DNA from: Solirubrobacteraceae bacterium
GTDB taxonomy: Bacteria; Actinomycetota; Thermoleophilia; Solirubrobacterales; Solirubrobacteraceae
Direction of reading: 5' to 3'
NCBI GenBank assembly: GCA_033855795.1
Contig: JAWVFS010000267.1
Coordinates: 1-24,685 of the forward strand
DNA length: 24,685 bases
A program made the translations under genes and the position numbers. Positions 24,151 through 24,685 of this stretch are shown here, one piece after another. Numbering within the stretch: position 1 is the first letter of the stretch; every line of letters starts with the position of its first letter. The notes beneath the pieces were generated by a model. It saw nothing but the letters and a program-made list of their open reading frames with translations, ran no database searches and was not told the DNA's origin.

Positions 24151-24157
24151 TGACCGT

Positions 24158-24649
24158 GTGAACGTGATCCAGGCGGCACGACGAGACGAGAGGGCCTTCG
24201 TGCTCCGGGTGGTGCAGCCGGCCCTCGTGGGCCTCATCGACGGCACTGTCTCGACCCTCGCGCCGATCTTCGCGACGGCCTTCCTGGCCGGCTCGCACGC
24301 GGCGCTGCTCGTCGGCCTCGCGACGGCGATCGGCGCCGGCATCAGCATGGGGCTCTCCGAGGGCCTGTCCGACGACGGCTCGCTCACCGGGCGCGGGTCG
24401 GGCAACACGCGCGGTGCGATCACGGGCCTGGCCACCACGTTCGGCGGCACCTTCCATGCCCTGCCGTTCATCATCGCCGACCGCGATACGGCCGTGGTGG
24501 TGGCGTCGTGCGTGGTCGCCTGCGAACTGGTGATCATCGCCTACGTGCGCAAGCGGTTCCTGGCCGTCTCGTGGCGCTCCTCGCTGCTGCAGGTGACGCT
24601 CGGCGGCGCGCTCGTGACGTCGGTCGGGTTCCTCATCGGCAACGCCTGA
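24158..24649 (+). CDS. VIT1/CCC1-family membrane protein resembling the C-terminal domain of the MbfA iron exporter
   Basis: FVL..VQP.L.GL.DG.VSTLAPIFA.AF, GL...IGAGISMG..E..SDDG.LTGRGS, HALPF. GTG 24158 lies 6 nt after TATTAT. Confidence 0.85.
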   Translation: MNVIQAARRDERAFVLRVVQPALVGLIDGTVSTLAPIFATAFLAGSHAALLVGLATAIGAGISMGLSEGLSDDGSLTGRGSGNTRGAITGLATTFGGTFHALPFIIADRDTAVVVASCVVACELVIIAYVRKRFLAVSWRSSLLQVTLGGALVTSVGFLIGNA

Positions 24650-24685
24650 GATGCACCGCAGCAGAGGGGCAGACGCCTCGTCGTC

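Noticed and set aside
24651-24685. Possible next gene starting at ATG 24651
   Set aside because: Only 11 codons are visible before the window ends. Cannot be supported.

Overview
Very GC-rich bacterial chromosomal window with about 29 protein genes and one tRNA-Thr(UGU). Gene content and style suggest an actinobacterium, probably Thermoleophilia/Solirubrobacterales (inference). No integrase, transposase, CRISPR array or defence system is visible. In order: tail of a cell-surface glycosylation cluster (FAD oxidoreductase, GT2, small coiled-coil protein); DUF192; divergent thiolase and 3-hydroxyacyl-CoA dehydrogenase; HlyC/CorC (CNNM) transporter; MarR-linked ABC-2 exporter; GMC flavoprotein with a Tat-signal partner; SDR; PhhB; BtuF-like protein; GT4; rhomboid protease; two tandem ECF sigma/partner pairs; PlsC-GpsA fusion; membrane protein; tRNA-Thr; membrane GGDEF/HD-GYP protein; FKBP lipoprotein; PerR-like Fur regulator divergent from a stand-alone MbfA-type VIT1 domain. 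The signals the ORF track misses are both at the corC-like gene: (i) downstream, a candidate independent ~210-nt structured transcript (5266-5500) ending in a 16-codon ORF with a very strong Shine-Dalgarno; (ii) upstream, a 24-codon ORF whose stop overlaps the corC TTG start. Also notable: a probable Tat 'hitch-hiker' flavin/[3Fe-4S] dehydrogenase pair, an atypical anti-sigma candidate, and many apparently leaderless genes. All family calls come from motif recognition, without database searches.
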